Positions 63,083 through 64,000 of a stretch of 64,000 bases of DNA are shown here, piece after piece (positions within the stretch are counted from its first letter, which is position 1; the number at the start of each line of letters is the position of its first letter). A program made the position numbers and the translations under genes. This DNA is from an uncultured bacterium (GTDB lineage Bacteria > Margulisbacteria > WOR-1 > CAVSGV01). The stretch spans positions 148,238 to 212,237 of the forward strand of contig CAVYHE010000003.1 of assembly GCA_963768305.1 (NCBI GenBank), in the 5' to 3' direction. Below the pieces are notes generated by a model. It did not search any database. It was not told the DNA's origin and was given only the letters and a program-made list of their open reading frames with translations.

Positions 63083-64000
63083 GGTTTATTTGTGAATAAA
63101 ATGTAATTAGCGCTTTTATCCAGAACAACGGTCCTTCCTTTCAATGAAGAAATAAGTTTTGCTGCCGCTTCTTTATTGGCCGATACGCAATATATTTTTC
63201 GCTTTGATGATAGCAACCTTTTCATCTCTTTCTCGTATCGTATAGAGGATACGTTATTCCTCGAGTAGTATATCATAAAATGAGCGTCGGTTCCTTTATA
63301 TTGGCAGACCATGTCCGATGGCTTCGCCTGAGCATTGATCTCCCTGCAGAAAGTGCTTATGGGATTAAGTTTCGGGAAATATTCAGCGAGATCATATATG
63401 AAAACAAGATAGGATACGCCCGCAAAAAGAACGATACAAAGCATTGCAATCCTGTATTTTCTTGCAAAAATGAGGAAAGAACCTCTCAATAAGCGCTAAA
63501 GACATCGGCACAAGGAACCCGATAAGAAGGTTGGAATAATAACCGCTGACCTCCTTGAACGAGACATAATAAAAAGTGAAAGCTATGGTGAATAACGGGA
63601 TCATGACCAGGACTAAAGTTAAAGCGGCGGAAAGCATGGACATCCTCATTGCCTCTTTATCCCCGTCACCTTCCAGCAGGTCGGATATCATTTTCCCGAT
63701 GATAATGGCCAGTGCCGGAAATGCCGGCAATATGTACCTGGATATTTTGTAGTTCAGCGAAAAAGAAAAGAATAGAAGGACCACCGCAAAACATATCAGG
63801 GGCAGTGAATGGGCCTTTTTCTTTATATTATAATAAATTGCCGGATATATGAAACCGGCCCAGGGGATGGCATTGATAAACAGCTGCAAAAAATAGGAGT
63901 AAAAATCATATTGTGGCTTTATTTTCGCGTATTTAACCGCTTCACTACCGATCGTATCTATGGGCTTGAAATATCTTCCTAAATTATGACCGATGAAAAT
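63079..64000 (-). pseudogene. polytopic membrane glycosyltransferase-like protein (ArnT/PMT, GT39/83-like), C-terminal part; frame broken once; 5' end beyond the right edge
   Basis: The frame of ORF 63392..63889 is open up to base 64000 (IFIGHNLGRYFKPIDTIGSE...) and encodes several TM helices. ORF 63079..63489 carries a last TM helix plus a soluble tail in another frame. Its start overlaps the GT2 gene downstream. The family call is tentative. Confidence 0.45.

Noticed and set aside
1-64000. An alternative genetic code (UGA or UAG reassignment) as the explanation for the broken genes
   Set aside because: The fragments of each gene lie in different frames (coordinates differ modulo 3), not in one frame interrupted by a recurrent stop. 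TGA, TAA and TAG all terminate genes at conserved C-termini, for example dxs, dapA and lepA.
1-64000. CRISPR arrays, transposases, integrases, prophage genes, reverse transcriptases and known defence-system genes
   Set aside because: I looked on both strands and in the intergenic regions. I saw no regularly spaced direct repeats and no ORF with motifs of these families.

Overview
This is a 64-kb, mostly housekeeping chromosomal segment that looks like it comes from an uncultivated anaerobic diderm bacterium. Supporting markers are an SLH-tethered outer-membrane protein, a TolC-like channel, an LptC/OstA-like protein, rubrerythrin, TrpB2 and an RRM-type RNA-binding protein. Genes read in translation table 11. 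All calls rest on motif recognition by eye, with no database search, so I cannot place the organism more precisely. I recognise about 63 protein genes and 8 tRNA genes. The protein genes include hisG, an acyl ligase/ACP/acyltransferase trio, hemW-lepA, maf, dusB, purL, comEA-comEC, coaE-uvrB-dapA-queH, dnaE, hisI/hisF, ispA-dxs, nadB, trpB2, rubrerythrin, accA-accD, rpsT, ispE, two tandem tripartite efflux systems, trxB and an envelope glycosylation cluster. I found no CRISPR array, transposase, integrase, phage gene or recognisable defence gene. Two things stand out. (1) About 26 genes, essential ones included, are split by single-base frame changes. There are roughly 55-60 events, about three quarters of them +1, and dnaE alone has 14; they cluster in hot spots. 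Conserved protein sequence continues across every break, so I favour uncorrected indel errors over real gene decay, but this needs read-level checking. (2) The only clearly accessory DNA is a low-GC 2.2-kb islet at 30.0-32.2 kb and a second low-GC orphan gene at 7.3-7.9 kb. The islet holds two tandem, overlapping paralogues of a ~330-aa protein I cannot assign to any family. Smaller items are a promoter/mini-ORF/terminator leader in front of the RRM gene, an SLH protein with inverted domain order, an orphan receiver protein in a tRNA-bounded segment, and a tRNA-Leu with a poorly paired acceptor stem. I see no compelling evidence for a complete novel multi-gene system. The tandem orphan pair is the best candidate for something undescribed.
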